Shown here piece by piece: positions 44,377-53,123 of a stretch of DNA of 54,913 nucleotides (positions are counted from its first letter, which is position 1; each line of letters opens with the position of its first letter). The stretch comes from a virus (lineage: Duplodnaviria; Caudoviricetes), in IMG/VR virus record IMGVR_UViG_3300044695_005573, positions 1 to 54,913 of that record. The stretch is one strand, 5' to 3'. The notes under the pieces were generated by a model. It made no database searches. It was given only the letters and a program-made list of their open reading frames with translations, and was not told where the DNA came from. Both the position numbers and the translations under genes were made by a program.

Positions 44377-46314
44377 TTAAAAGAGTCCGGCTGCTTTTGC
44401 GCCCGCCGCGGCGGACAACCCCGCCAATCCGATGCCCGCCGCCTGCTGGAACGGGCTCGCCGAAGGCTGACTGACCGCGGATGTTGCCATCTGCGTGGAC
44501 GGCGCACCGCGATAGATGTCGGAGAGGAAGGCTGCCTGCTGGTACGGGGAGTATAGACGCTGCATCTGCGTTGCGCGCTGTGCATCGAGCGACTGCTGGT
44601 TGAACGCCTGCTGCGCCTGCCCGGTGTTGTACAGGAAGTTGATATCGGACTGCTGCATGCCCTGCGCCGCTTGACCGATGCCGAGCTGCTGAAGGCCCTG
44701 CTGCCCATACTGCGCGCCCAACTGACCAAGCCCCTGCGCCGTCTGCTGGCCGATGCCAAACTGCTGACCGGCAAGTGCGCCAATACCCTGTCCGATGTTC
44801 TGGAACTGCCCCGACTGCTGCCCGTAGATGCCGGCAAGCGCCTGCGCAGCGTTCGTGCGCCCCGCGCCTTGCTGCATGAGCAGGTTGGCAATGTTCTGCT
44901 GGATGTTCGATTCCTGACCGGCCAGCGCGCCCTGCTGCGAAGCAAGATTGCCGTAGCCCTGAGCAGCCTGCTGGTACAGGCCCGCGGCGGACTGGCCCAA
45001 ACGAGCCTGTTCCACGCCGAGCTGACCAAGGCCCTGGCCCGCAGCGATCTGCTGCTGCGAGAGGTTGCCGTAGAGGCCTGCGCCCGACTGTCCCAGTTGC
45101 GCCTGCTGCGCGGCCTGCTGGCCTACGGTCTGGCCGATGTTGGCGATCTGCCCCGCAGCCGCCTGTTCGGCCGCCGCGCGCTGCGCTTCGAGCGAGCCCA
45201 TGGCCTGCCCGGCCTGCACTCCGAGCTGCCCGATCGCCTGGCCGCCCTGCAATGCACGCTGCTGCTGCTGTTCAAAGGAGGCCATTGCATTGGCCTGCGC
45301 CTGTGAGTAGCCCTGAGAGAGGAGGTTGGCAATCGAACCCGCCTTCTGCTCCATAAGCCCGCGCTCGAGTTCGGCACGCTGCACGCCTTCGCGCTCGCCG
45401 CCAAAGGCCCCCGCACGCACCGCCTGAGAGGAAAGCCCCTGCTGGGCGATCGCACCCTGACGGCTGATCTGCCGCATCGTCTCGTCGATGACCTGCTGAC
45501 GATACGGGTCCATGAAGGCCTGCGCGCGCGAGGGGTCATAGCCCCCCATGCCGCCACCGATGCCGCCAAGGCCCCCCGCCAGCCCAAGCTGGACAGCGCC
45601 CTGCGCACCACCCATCTGCGGCACGCCACCGGCGCCCGCAGCACGCTGGGCAGCGTTTTGCAGAAGCTGCTGCGAGCCGGAGAAGTCCGCGCCCATGGCC
45701 CCGGCGGCCATGCGCTGTGCGTCGGTGACCCCGCGCATGCCCTGCCCGATCGCCGCCGTCGCCGGCGTAAGGTCCGCCTGCGAAGCGCGGGCGGCCATGT
45801 TCTGCGAGGTCGCAAGGGCATTGATGCCCGTGCCGATGTCCTGGTAGGCCGCGCCAAAGCGCCCCGTCGTATCCGACTGAAGCGCACGCTGGCCGGCAAG
45901 ATCCATGTAGCCAAGGCCGGTATTGATCTGGCCAATACCGCCGCCCATGCCCGCCGCAGCGGCTCCAGCCTGCCGCATCGCGGCCGCGGCGTCCCCAAAC
46001 TGTGCCCGGGTGTCGGCGCCACGGAGAACGTCCGCCGCCTCACGGGTCATGCCCATGCCACCGGCAATTCCTTGGTTTGCAGCGGTCACATAGGGGCTAA
46101 ACGCCCCCACCCCCTGCTGTTCGGCAGCGCGCATCGCGGCGATCTGCGCGGGGGAGAAGCCCGCAACCTGATATCCCGGAATCTGCTCGGCAAATCCGGG
46201 CTGGAAGGCCAACTTTTGCGCTTCCTCAAGCAGCCGAAGCTTGTATGCCTCGATTTCCGGGGCTTCTCGGACAATCTGCTGCGTGACTGAAGTATCGCCT
46301 GCTACGGATGCCAT
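44377..46314 (-). CDS. Gln/Gly/Ala-rich DNA-pilot / ejection protein (putative)
   Basis: FMDPYRQQVID...GAFGGER, long Q/G/A helical repeats, hydrophobic C-terminus. Confidence 0.65.
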   Translation of the reverse strand: MASVAGDTSVTQQIVREAPEIEAYKLRLLEEAQKLAFQPGFAEQIPGYQVAGFSPAQIAAMRAAEQQGVGAFSPYVTAANQGIAGGMGMTREAADVLRGADTRAQFGDAAAAMRQAGAAAAGMGGGIGQINTGLGYMDLAGQRALQSDTTGRFGAAYQDIGTGINALATSQNMAARASQADLTPATAAIGQGMRGVTDAQRMAAGAMGADFSGSQQLLQNAAQRAAGAGGVPQMGGAQGAVQLGLAGGLGGIGGGMGGYDPSRAQAFMDPYRQQVIDETMRQISRQGAIAQQGLSSQAVRAGAFGGEREGVQRAELERGLMEQKAGSIANLLSQGYSQAQANAMASFEQQQQRALQGGQAIGQLGVQAGQAMGSLEAQRAAAEQAAAGQIANIGQTVGQQAAQQAQLGQSGAGLYGNLSQQQIAAGQGLGQLGVEQARLGQSAAGLYQQAAQGYGNLASQQGALAGQESNIQQNIANLLMQQGAGRTNAAQALAGIYGQQSGQFQNIGQGIGALAGQQFGIGQQTAQGLGQLGAQYGQQGLQQLGIGQAAQGMQQSDINFLYNTGQAQQAFNQQSLDAQRATQMQRLYSPYQQAAFLSDIYRGAPSTQMATSAVSQPSASPFQQAAGIGLAGLSAAAGAKAAGLF

Positions 46315-48660
46315 TTATTTGCCCTCAACCTTGCCGCCTTCCAGCATTTTCATCAGTTTGTACATGCGCCGCGCGCCTTTGCGGCGACTTCCGCCGCCGG
46401 CGTTGCGAACAGCACGTGCCGTGAACACGAATTCCCCGTCCGAAAGCATCGCCGGGATCGAATCCGAGGTTCCCGTGCCGGGGCCGTCGATCGGGCCCGT
46501 TTTACGCGGGAAATGGGTCGGTTGACCACCGTCACGCAGCCCCTGGGCGGCCATAATCCCCTGGTTATTTTGCTTGTTTAGCGTTTGAACGGCCTGTCCC
46601 GCGGCCATTGCCGCCTCCGGGCCGCCGTACAACAGCCCTTCGGTCTGCGCCACCTGGAAAGGATCCTTCGCCGCCTGCTTGACCGCATTCGTCACGGCAC
46701 CGCCCTGCCGATACCCAGTGGGGCGCGCCGGCTGAACCGGGTTCCCGTACAGCAACGGCACGCCGTACGTCCCGGAGACGTTATACGGCTGCGGGATGCC
46801 TTCCGGCATGTTCGTCGGGGAGCCGCTCGGGGTGAAGTACCTCGGAACAGGGCTCACGGGCATCGTCGGATAAGGCCCGGGGGCCGTGGGGCTTGGGCCG
46901 CGGTTCGTGTTCAGTGCGTCAAGCCCATACGACGGGGTTTCCACCACCGGGTTGTAGGGCTTCAGCACCGTGGGCGTGAGGCCGCCGGCGAACTTTTCCG
47001 GGTTGTCGCGGATGTAGTCTTCGCCCGTGTAGTTACGATCGAAGAGCGGGTTCTCGTCCGACTTCCCTGCTTTAAATCCGCCGGCGAGGCCGGAGACGGT
47101 AAGCGCCGTTGCGACACCCGGCACGTATCGACCAAGCTTTGAGGTCGCCTCGGGGTTGACAAGAAACGCGTTCTTGAAGCCCTCGAACGTCGGCTTCTCG
47201 CCACCCGGGGCGAGGGTTCTGAGGTAACTCCCCATGCGCCCAAACATGCCCGAGCCCGGCGTGGTGGCGGGGGTTGCGGAGACGTCGGTGGCCCGGGCCA
47301 GCGCCTGCTCAAACCTAGCGCCCGAGACGCCGGAGGGCGTCACGTAGGGCACCGAAGAGCCAACGGGCTGTGTCTGCGGAGCGCCAGCGCCTGTCGTTTC
47401 ATATGGTCCGCTAACGACACCTCGCATCGCATCTGGATTAGGCGTATCAGACCCGCCTGCAACCATGTCGTAGGCTTGCCCAGCTTGCGTCCGCATGGGA
47501 ACTCTTTTCCCGGTGACACTGACCTCTTGAAGCTGGTCAGCTCCCGGGGGCTTATAGGACATGCCCGCCATGACGCCTGACTGAAGGCCCATGCCAAGGG
47601 CTTCCTGCGTGCCCATGCCCGCGAGTTTGCCGACCGTCGCGCTTGTGAGGCCCGCGCCAATGCCCTGCGCAAGCTTACCCCCCTCGGTAACCCCAGGAAT
47701 CTTGCCCGCATACTTTGCGATGCTCGAAACCGGGTTGACGCCGAACGCCGTGCCGCCCGCGCCGAAATAGCTCGTCGCGGCATTGATCAACAGGCTCTTA
47801 GCGTTGATCTTCTCACCGGCCATGGCAGAAACGCCCGCAGCCGCCGCGGTGGAGGCCAGGGCGGTAGAGGCCGCCGCAGCGGTCGTGGACAAGGCCACGC
47901 CTGCGGCAGTGCCCGTGGCAGCGCCTACGACGCTCGCCGCGGCCGGTCCGAGGACCGTGGCAAGTGCGACCGTGGCGATTACGCGAAAGATCGGGTTTTT
48001 AAGGACCTTCTTGACCGCCTTCTTGACGCTCTTAAAGAGCTTCTTCAGGAAGAATTCAGGCAGGCCGGTCTTGGGGTTGATCGTCCCGGAACCGCCCATG
48101 GCCTTGAGAAGCCGCGCTTCCCCCGGGGTGATATGGGCAAGGATCGAGTCGCCATTGCGACCCTGAGAGGCCAGATACTTAGCTACATCGGCCAGGCCAC
48201 CCTGGGCCATGGCCATCGGCTCAAGGCCTTCGACGGCCGGCGACATCTCCATCGGGGCCTGCGCGCCCTGAGCGCCGGAGGCCTGATACTCGTTAAGAGC
48301 CATGATGGCAACGCCGAGGAAGGCCGGGTCGTACTCTTCCGGCAGGTCATCGGCGTCCATCATCCCGGTGTCGATCAGGCGCTGGCGAAGCTGCGGATAC
48401 TCGTCCGGCTTCTGCGACATGTACTCGAGGACCTCGAGTAGCGCCGAAACCTCAGCCGGGCTGAGGTCCAGTTCGTCAATGCTTTCCCTGACCGCCTGGC
48501 GGACAGCCTCTGCTTGCGCAGGGTCGCCCGAAGACATGCCCAATGCCGTCAGAGCGGCGTCGTAACTGTCCGCGCTCGAGACGTAAAGCGGCTGGTCCGT
48601 GGGCCTTGGATCTTGCATGGCTTGCCCTGCGGGCAGGCCCATGATGCCTTCATTTTCCAT
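46315..48660 (-). CDS. Internal virion / ejection protein with membrane-active segment (putative)
   Basis: MAQGG, GRNGDSILAHITP..GGSGTINPKTGLPEF, amphipathic and hydrophobic helices, C-terminal GPGTGTSDSIPAMLSDGEFV. Confidence 0.7.
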   Translation of the reverse strand: MENEGIMGLPAGQAMQDPRPTDQPLYVSSADSYDAALTALGMSSGDPAQAEAVRQAVRESIDELDLSPAEVSALLEVLEYMSQKPDEYPQLRQRLIDTGMMDADDLPEEYDPAFLGVAIMALNEYQASGAQGAQAPMEMSPAVEGLEPMAMAQGGLADVAKYLASQGRNGDSILAHITPGEARLLKAMGGSGTINPKTGLPEFFLKKLFKSVKKAVKKVLKNPIFRVIATVALATVLGPAAASVVGAATGTAAGVALSTTAAAASTALASTAAAAGVSAMAGEKINAKSLLINAATSYFGAGGTAFGVNPVSSIAKYAGKIPGVTEGGKLAQGIGAGLTSATVGKLAGMGTQEALGMGLQSGVMAGMSYKPPGADQLQEVSVTGKRVPMRTQAGQAYDMVAGGSDTPNPDAMRGVVSGPYETTGAGAPQTQPVGSSVPYVTPSGVSGARFEQALARATDVSATPATTPGSGMFGRMGSYLRTLAPGGEKPTFEGFKNAFLVNPEATSKLGRYVPGVATALTVSGLAGGFKAGKSDENPLFDRNYTGEDYIRDNPEKFAGGLTPTVLKPYNPVVETPSYGLDALNTNRGPSPTAPGPYPTMPVSPVPRYFTPSGSPTNMPEGIPQPYNVSGTYGVPLLYGNPVQPARPTGYRQGGAVTNAVKQAAKDPFQVAQTEGLLYGGPEAAMAAGQAVQTLNKQNNQGIMAAQGLRDGGQPTHFPRKTGPIDGPGTGTSDSIPAMLSDGEFVFTARAVRNAGGGSRRKGARRMYKLMKMLEGGKVEGK

Positions 48661-48664
48661 AGGT

Positions 48665-48764
48665 GTCCTTTCCAGTTTGTGCCAATGACCCTACAGGGGG
48701 TCGCGCGCCGGGAAAGGACGCGAACATGGCTCTGATTATGGGGCAAGTTGTCAAGGGTTGTCCA
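48665..48764 (-). promoter_or_regulatory. Candidate promoter and SD-sequestering leader of ejection-protein operon
   Basis: TGGACA-N18-CATAAT; leader GTCCTTTCC is complementary to the SD region GGAAAGGAC. Confidence 0.5.
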
Positions 48765-48768
48765 CTTG

Positions 48769-49101
48769 TCACGAGCGGTCGATTTCCAGGTAGGAAAGGT
48801 AAAAATCGACATCCGCTACGCTTGCGGTCACTTTCAGCACGTCCCCCGCGACTAGCACACAAGGCACCCCCGAAAAGATGTCCATCGTCTGGCTCGTTGG
48901 CAGGGCATAGGTCTTTAGAAGCTTGTACGGCGTTCCGCCCCCGCCTGGGTAGATGGCGGCACTGATGTTGGCGACACTGGCGTTGTCGTTCGTGACCCGA
49001 AGCGACGAAAGAACGGCATTGTTGGCCGCAGGAGCCGTGTAGATAGTCGTCTCCGTAGCGGCGCTCGGGGTTAGATACAGGCGTAAGTATTTGTTTGCCA
49101 T
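48769..49101 (-). CDS. Small tail/virion structural protein
   Basis: MANKY...TTIYTAPA...LVAGDVLKV...SYLEI; beta-rich. Confidence 0.65.
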   Translation of the reverse strand: MANKYLRLYLTPSAATETTIYTAPAANNAVLSSLRVTNDNASVANISAAIYPGGGGTPYKLLKTYALPTSQTMDIFSGVPCVLVAGDVLKVTASVADVDFYLSYLEIDRS

Positions 49102-49102
49102 G

Positions 49103-49816
49103 TCACATCGCCGAGATGAAGTTAATGGTCAGGATGACCGACGAGATAACGGGGCGCGTTGGACTAGTATCTACCGGATACTGCTCAAGAAAAACATCCG
49201 TACTGCTCGCCCACCAAGCAAGTTGAAGGTAGTTAACCGAAGGATCGTTGACTGTGAATATGCCCGTGATTGTGGGCACTATATGCGACCACGTCGTGGC
49301 ATCTTTGCGTGCTGCGATGTCAAAACGGCTCCGACTGGCCGGGTAGTTAACACCCGTGTCCTTGGCCCAGATCTCAAACTCTTGTGCCGCATTGCTGCGG
49401 TTAGAAACCTGAATCCGGATTGTAACGAGGTAGTTCCCCGCACAAGGGACATAGATCTTGGTGTTGTCAACAACGCGAATCCCGTTAGCAACTGGGGTTG
49501 AGTTGTAGGTAATAAGTTCTTCGGTGGTGATGCTGGTTAAGTCTTGATCCTCGTCTGACATCAACATCGCATGCGGCAGGATGATGCCGTTGCTGAGTTG
49601 AAAGCCCCGGACACCGCCCGCAAAACCACCGCCCGCACCGGAACCTGCCGCGAACCACGAGCCCGCACCAGCCTTGTCGTCACTGACGGTCGGCGTGTAA
49701 GTGTTGTTAAGCTGGAAAACGACCTGCTCAAGCGAGCGCACGAGCTGGTCAAACTGCTCCTGACTGTAGCCCGCAGCCGCTGCGTTAGGCAGACGGACGT
49801 TGAAGATCTTACTCAT
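49103..49816 (-). CDS. Tail-associated protein
   Basis: N-terminal RLPNA...QLVRSLEQ..QLN helix then a beta domain; coupled to the nozzle-like gene. Confidence 0.6.
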   Translation of the reverse strand: MSKIFNVRLPNAAAAGYSQEQFDQLVRSLEQVVFQLNNTYTPTVSDDKAGAGSWFAAGSGAGGGFAGGVRGFQLSNGIILPHAMLMSDEDQDLTSITTEELITYNSTPVANGIRVVDNTKIYVPCAGNYLVTIRIQVSNRSNAAQEFEIWAKDTGVNYPASRSRFDIAARKDATTWSHIVPTITGIFTVNDPSVNYLQLAWWASSTDVFLEQYPVDTSPTRPVISSVILTINFISAM

Positions 49817-51666
49817 CTCAATCCATCAGGTTGGATGTCGACACGCATCGTGCCGAAGCGCCAGTTGGTGTTGAGCTCAGAACTTTCGATCTGCAACGAA
49901 ATCTGCCGCCCACGCGCGCGCGTGTCCACCTTGTCTGTACCCGGAGAAATGACGTACGGATCAAGCGAGCTTGGCGTCGCAGCAACCTGCGGATACAAAC
50001 GCAACAGCAGCCGCACCGTGAGATCGCCCTCTTGGTTCTTGAAGTCCGGGATGAACCGCTTCATGAACAACACCTGATCGCCATCGCCGATATCGAAGTA
50101 CCCCGACTTCACATACGCAAGGATCGGATCCCCGTTGCCGTTCTTACCAAACTCCTGGTTATAGACCACGGCCCGCCCAGGGGTGAGTCCATAAATCGTG
50201 CTGATCGTAGCCTCGGTACCGTCGCTATCGTACTGTGTCGCCATCGGAAAGGAATAAGTACCAAGGTCCACCCAAGCGGAACGCGCCATAGTGCCCACAG
50301 ACCATACCTGCTCGAGGTAGTTAAAGGTCACAAAGCGATCGATGTAGTCAGTGTCCGCCGTGCAGTACCACCAGGTCACTTCGTTGAACTGCGTGTTGAT
50401 CCCCACATGCACTTTCTGTGCTTGCGTAAAGTTCAGGTCCTTGAATACATAGTCCTGGACCGTGCAGGGGAGCTTCTTGACGACACCGTCGAACACGAAG
50501 AAGGCGTCCTTGCTCATCCAGTACGCCACGCCGTTCACATCCGCCGACGCATGCGGCCCGATAAGGCCACAGTTGGCCCCGAGCTGCTGGAAGCCAAAGG
50601 TATACGGCGGTCCAAGGTACTGCATGCCATGCAGTGCCGTGTCCGTCCAGATCAAGATCTGTCCGCGCGAGCGAAGCGCCGAGACGATGTAGTTTCCGTC
50701 CGTCAGGCGCTGGCCGCCAGCCGTATTGGTCGCCGTGGCGACGAATGTGTTGATGTCTTCTTGGTTTGAGAAGCGCACAAACATCGGATCCTGCGACGAA
50801 GGCGTCCCGATGGTCGATTCCGTACCAAAGCAGACCAGATGCCGGTCAGGCGTCGACACCAACGCGTATTTGCTCTTGGTCGGCGCGCCAGAAATGGCCG
50901 TTGCCCGCACGCCAATGCCCGTGCTCGGCAGCCACTCGTAGATGCCGCCGTCTACAACCTGCATGATGAGGTTTTCGCCGAAGCTATCGAACTGCCAGAC
51001 GCGGGAAAAGAGCGCAATCGAGGCAGACGGCGGGCGCGGGGTGCCCCAAGTGCTCAAGCCCCATGTCCCAGTGCCCCAGCCAAAGTCCGAGTAGCTTACC
51101 GCTGCCCCCGTGTTGATCTGATAGGCCGCCGTGGCCGTGCCTGCCGCCGTGGCGGTCGAGGTCGCGTTGGTCGGCGCCTGGATGGCGTACTCATTGGCGT
51201 TCAGAACCTCGATAACCTCAAACTCGTTGTTCAAACTCGCGTTCGGAATGCCACCAGGGTCGCCCGTTGTCGCAGAAAGCGTGACAAAATCCCCCGTAAT
51301 GGCCCCGTGGCCGCTGTCATTGACCACTACGCGGTTGGAACCGTTCGTCGTATCGAAGGTAACGCCCGTGTTCGTGTCACGGATGGGCGTAATGTCCGCC
51401 CAGGTGCCGCCGTAGTAGACGTAAACCTTCTTGTTGGTGCCGACGGCAACGTAGGGGGAGCCGTCAAGGTCCGTCCAAGTGAAGACTTCGCTCGGCATAC
51501 CCACCAAATAGGCGATGGTTTCGCCAAACGGGGCCCATCCGCCGACCTTTTCAGGCAGTCCATAGCGAAAACGGACGTAATCGGAGTCGATCCATCCGCC
51601 TTCTGCGCCATATTCGGTGTTTTGCTTGTCTACACCCGGCTTTAAGAACAGTCTGAGTAGTGCCAT
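49813..51666 (-). CDS. Tail nozzle / tail tubular B-like (P22 gp10-like) protein
   Basis: 617 aa, beta-propeller-like; KPGVDKQ.T.YGAEGGW.D.D.VRFR.GLPEKVGGW ... RARGRQ...WRFG..RVDIQPDG.R. Confidence 0.7.
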   Translation of the reverse strand: MALLRLFLKPGVDKQNTEYGAEGGWIDSDYVRFRYGLPEKVGGWAPFGETIAYLVGMPSEVFTWTDLDGSPYVAVGTNKKVYVYYGGTWADITPIRDTNTGVTFDTTNGSNRVVVNDSGHGAITGDFVTLSATTGDPGGIPNASLNNEFEVIEVLNANEYAIQAPTNATSTATAAGTATAAYQINTGAAVSYSDFGWGTGTWGLSTWGTPRPPSASIALFSRVWQFDSFGENLIMQVVDGGIYEWLPSTGIGVRATAISGAPTKSKYALVSTPDRHLVCFGTESTIGTPSSQDPMFVRFSNQEDINTFVATATNTAGGQRLTDGNYIVSALRSRGQILIWTDTALHGMQYLGPPYTFGFQQLGANCGLIGPHASADVNGVAYWMSKDAFFVFDGVVKKLPCTVQDYVFKDLNFTQAQKVHVGINTQFNEVTWWYCTADTDYIDRFVTFNYLEQVWSVGTMARSAWVDLGTYSFPMATQYDSDGTEATISTIYGLTPGRAVVYNQEFGKNGNGDPILAYVKSGYFDIGDGDQVLFMKRFIPDFKNQEGDLTVRLLLRLYPQVAATPSSLDPYVISPGTDKVDTRARGRQISLQIESSELNTNWRFGTMRVDIQPDGLR

Positions 51667-51675
51667 GGGCGCATC

Positions 51676-52119
51676 CTACTTGATTGGACCGCCGACGAGC
51701 CACGCATCGCAAGTACGATCGCCGGCACACTTGAAGTGGAACAGCTCACAGTACCCGAGATTGGCCGCCGCGACCACATCCGGGGCGTAATTCTCGTGTT
51801 CCATCTCCTCGTCGTAGTCATGGATGCCCTTCTCGATACAGGCAATCATCTCCGGGGTCTGGATGAACGCCGCGCAGTTGCCACAGCGGGCCTTCTTGGC
51901 CTCGCGCACCGTGGTCTGCCAAAGCTCGGCCTTCTTGTCCCAGAAAGCACGCGACTCGGACTCCGGGTTCAACGGCCCGTAGCCATACTCCTCAATCGCA
52001 TTGTTGCGATTCTTGAGGTTGACATGGATATCCATCGTCGCTTCCGGGCAGCCCTTCTGGCCGCGCTCGTACGACTTACGAATCTCCTGCCCGATCGCGT
52101 CCTTCTTGACACTCGCCAT
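51676..52119 (-). CDS. Cys-rich conserved phage protein (HiPIP-like Cys pattern)
   Basis: RCGNCAAF...GYCELFHFKCAGDRTCDAW. Confidence 0.65.
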   Translation of the reverse strand: MASVKKDAIGQEIRKSYERGQKGCPEATMDIHVNLKNRNNAIEEYGYGPLNPESESRAFWDKKAELWQTTVREAKKARCGNCAAFIQTPEMIACIEKGIHDYDEEMEHENYAPDVVAAANLGYCELFHFKCAGDRTCDAWLVGGPIK

Positions 52120-52147
52120 GCTTCACCCGTACGGTTACTTCTTTCCC

Positions 52148-52399
52148 TTACTTGCCTTTTTGGCGGAAGCTGCGCGTTTTAGCAGCAATGCCTTTGGGCT
52201 GCGCGACGAACTGCTTGCCTTGCGCTTTACCTTTTCGCTTGGCGGCAGAAGTTCGGGCGTACTCAGCAGGGCTGAGAGCTTTAATCGCAGCTTCTGGTAG
52301 ATATCTCTCACCCGTGTCAGAAGATCGTTTACCAGACCTTGTACGCCAACGCTGATCCCCCCAAGCCTTGAGCGATTGTTGACTTTTTCGTAGCGCCAT
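52148..52399 (-). CDS. Basic protein, C-half-like member of DUF5872-type pair (start 52399)
   Basis: KSQQSLKAWGDQRWRT.SGK.S..TGERYLP; AGGTGG SD. Confidence 0.7.
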   Translation of the reverse strand: MALRKSQQSLKAWGDQRWRTRSGKRSSDTGERYLPEAAIKALSPAEYARTSAAKRKGKAQGKQFVAQPKGIAAKTRSFRQKGK

Positions 52400-52413
52400 G
52401 ACATAGTCCACCT

Positions 52414-52938
52414 ATGGAGCACAAAACACAGGAAATTTGGAAACTGATACCTGACACGAATGAACGGTATTCGATAAGTGATTATGGCGTAGTCCGCTCA
52501 AACTGGGCAGATATTCCGCAACGAAATTTAACGCACCGTAAGCGTATTGAAAAAACTTCGTTACTAAAGGCTTGGCTGCACACAACTGGGTACATGCGAG
52601 TCGCTTTAGGTCGTGGAAAACAAAAATATATTCACCGGCTAGTAGCCCAAGCTTTCCTACCAAATCCCGACAATTTGCCTCAAGTTGACCATATGGACGG
52701 GAACCGTACGAATAACCATGTTTCAAACTTGCGTTGGGTAACGGTGCAGCAAAACGCAATAATGGGCGGAGATCGTCACAACTGGGATGCCCAGCGAATT
52801 GCAAGTGCAAAGCGTCGTATTTACGACGTAAAGAAAAAAGAGTTCCAAGCCTTGCTAGATCAAGGTTGTAGTTTGAGATACGTTGCAAAACTATTTGGTA
52901 CATCACATTCCGTAATTAGCCGTATCGTCAAAGGCTAG
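52414..52938 (+). CDS. NUMOD4-HNH homing endonuclease
   Basis: EIWKLIP...YSISDYGVVRS (NUMOD4); IHRLVAQAFLPNP..LPQVDHMDGNRTNNHVSNLRW (HNH); C-terminal HTH; AT-rich; antisense to neighbours. Confidence 0.9.
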   Translation: MEHKTQEIWKLIPDTNERYSISDYGVVRSNWADIPQRNLTHRKRIEKTSLLKAWLHTTGYMRVALGRGKQKYIHRLVAQAFLPNPDNLPQVDHMDGNRTNNHVSNLRWVTVQQNAIMGGDRHNWDAQRIASAKRRIYDVKKKEFQALLDQGCSLRYVAKLFGTSHSVISRIVKG

Positions 52939-53123
52939 TCTCTGTATCTCCCGCCTTTGGCTTTGTACTGCTTAGCCAATAGCTGACTTTTTCTCGCGCT
53001 CCACTGCCCCGCGGCAGTACCCTGCACCGCACGGGACTTGATTGACTTGAACAGGCTCTCACGCATGGCAGGCTTCGTGTAGTTACCCGCTGCGTTGACC
53101 TTACTCTTGGCTTTCTTCCTCAC
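52935..53123 (-). CDS. Basic protein, N-half-like member of DUF5872-type pair (GTG start 53123)
   Basis: SKVNAAGNYTKP..R..LF...GQWSARKSQLLAKQYKAKGG.Y; GTGA coupling. Confidence 0.7.
   Translation of the reverse strand: MRKKAKSKVNAAGNYTKPAMRESLFKSIKSRAVQGTAAGQWSARKSQLLAKQYKAKGGRYRD

Noticed and set aside
52400-52938. Group I intron splitting a single gene around the HNH
   Set aside because: The HNH is antisense and fills almost the whole interval, leaving no room for an intron core; the downstream half has its own SD and ATG.
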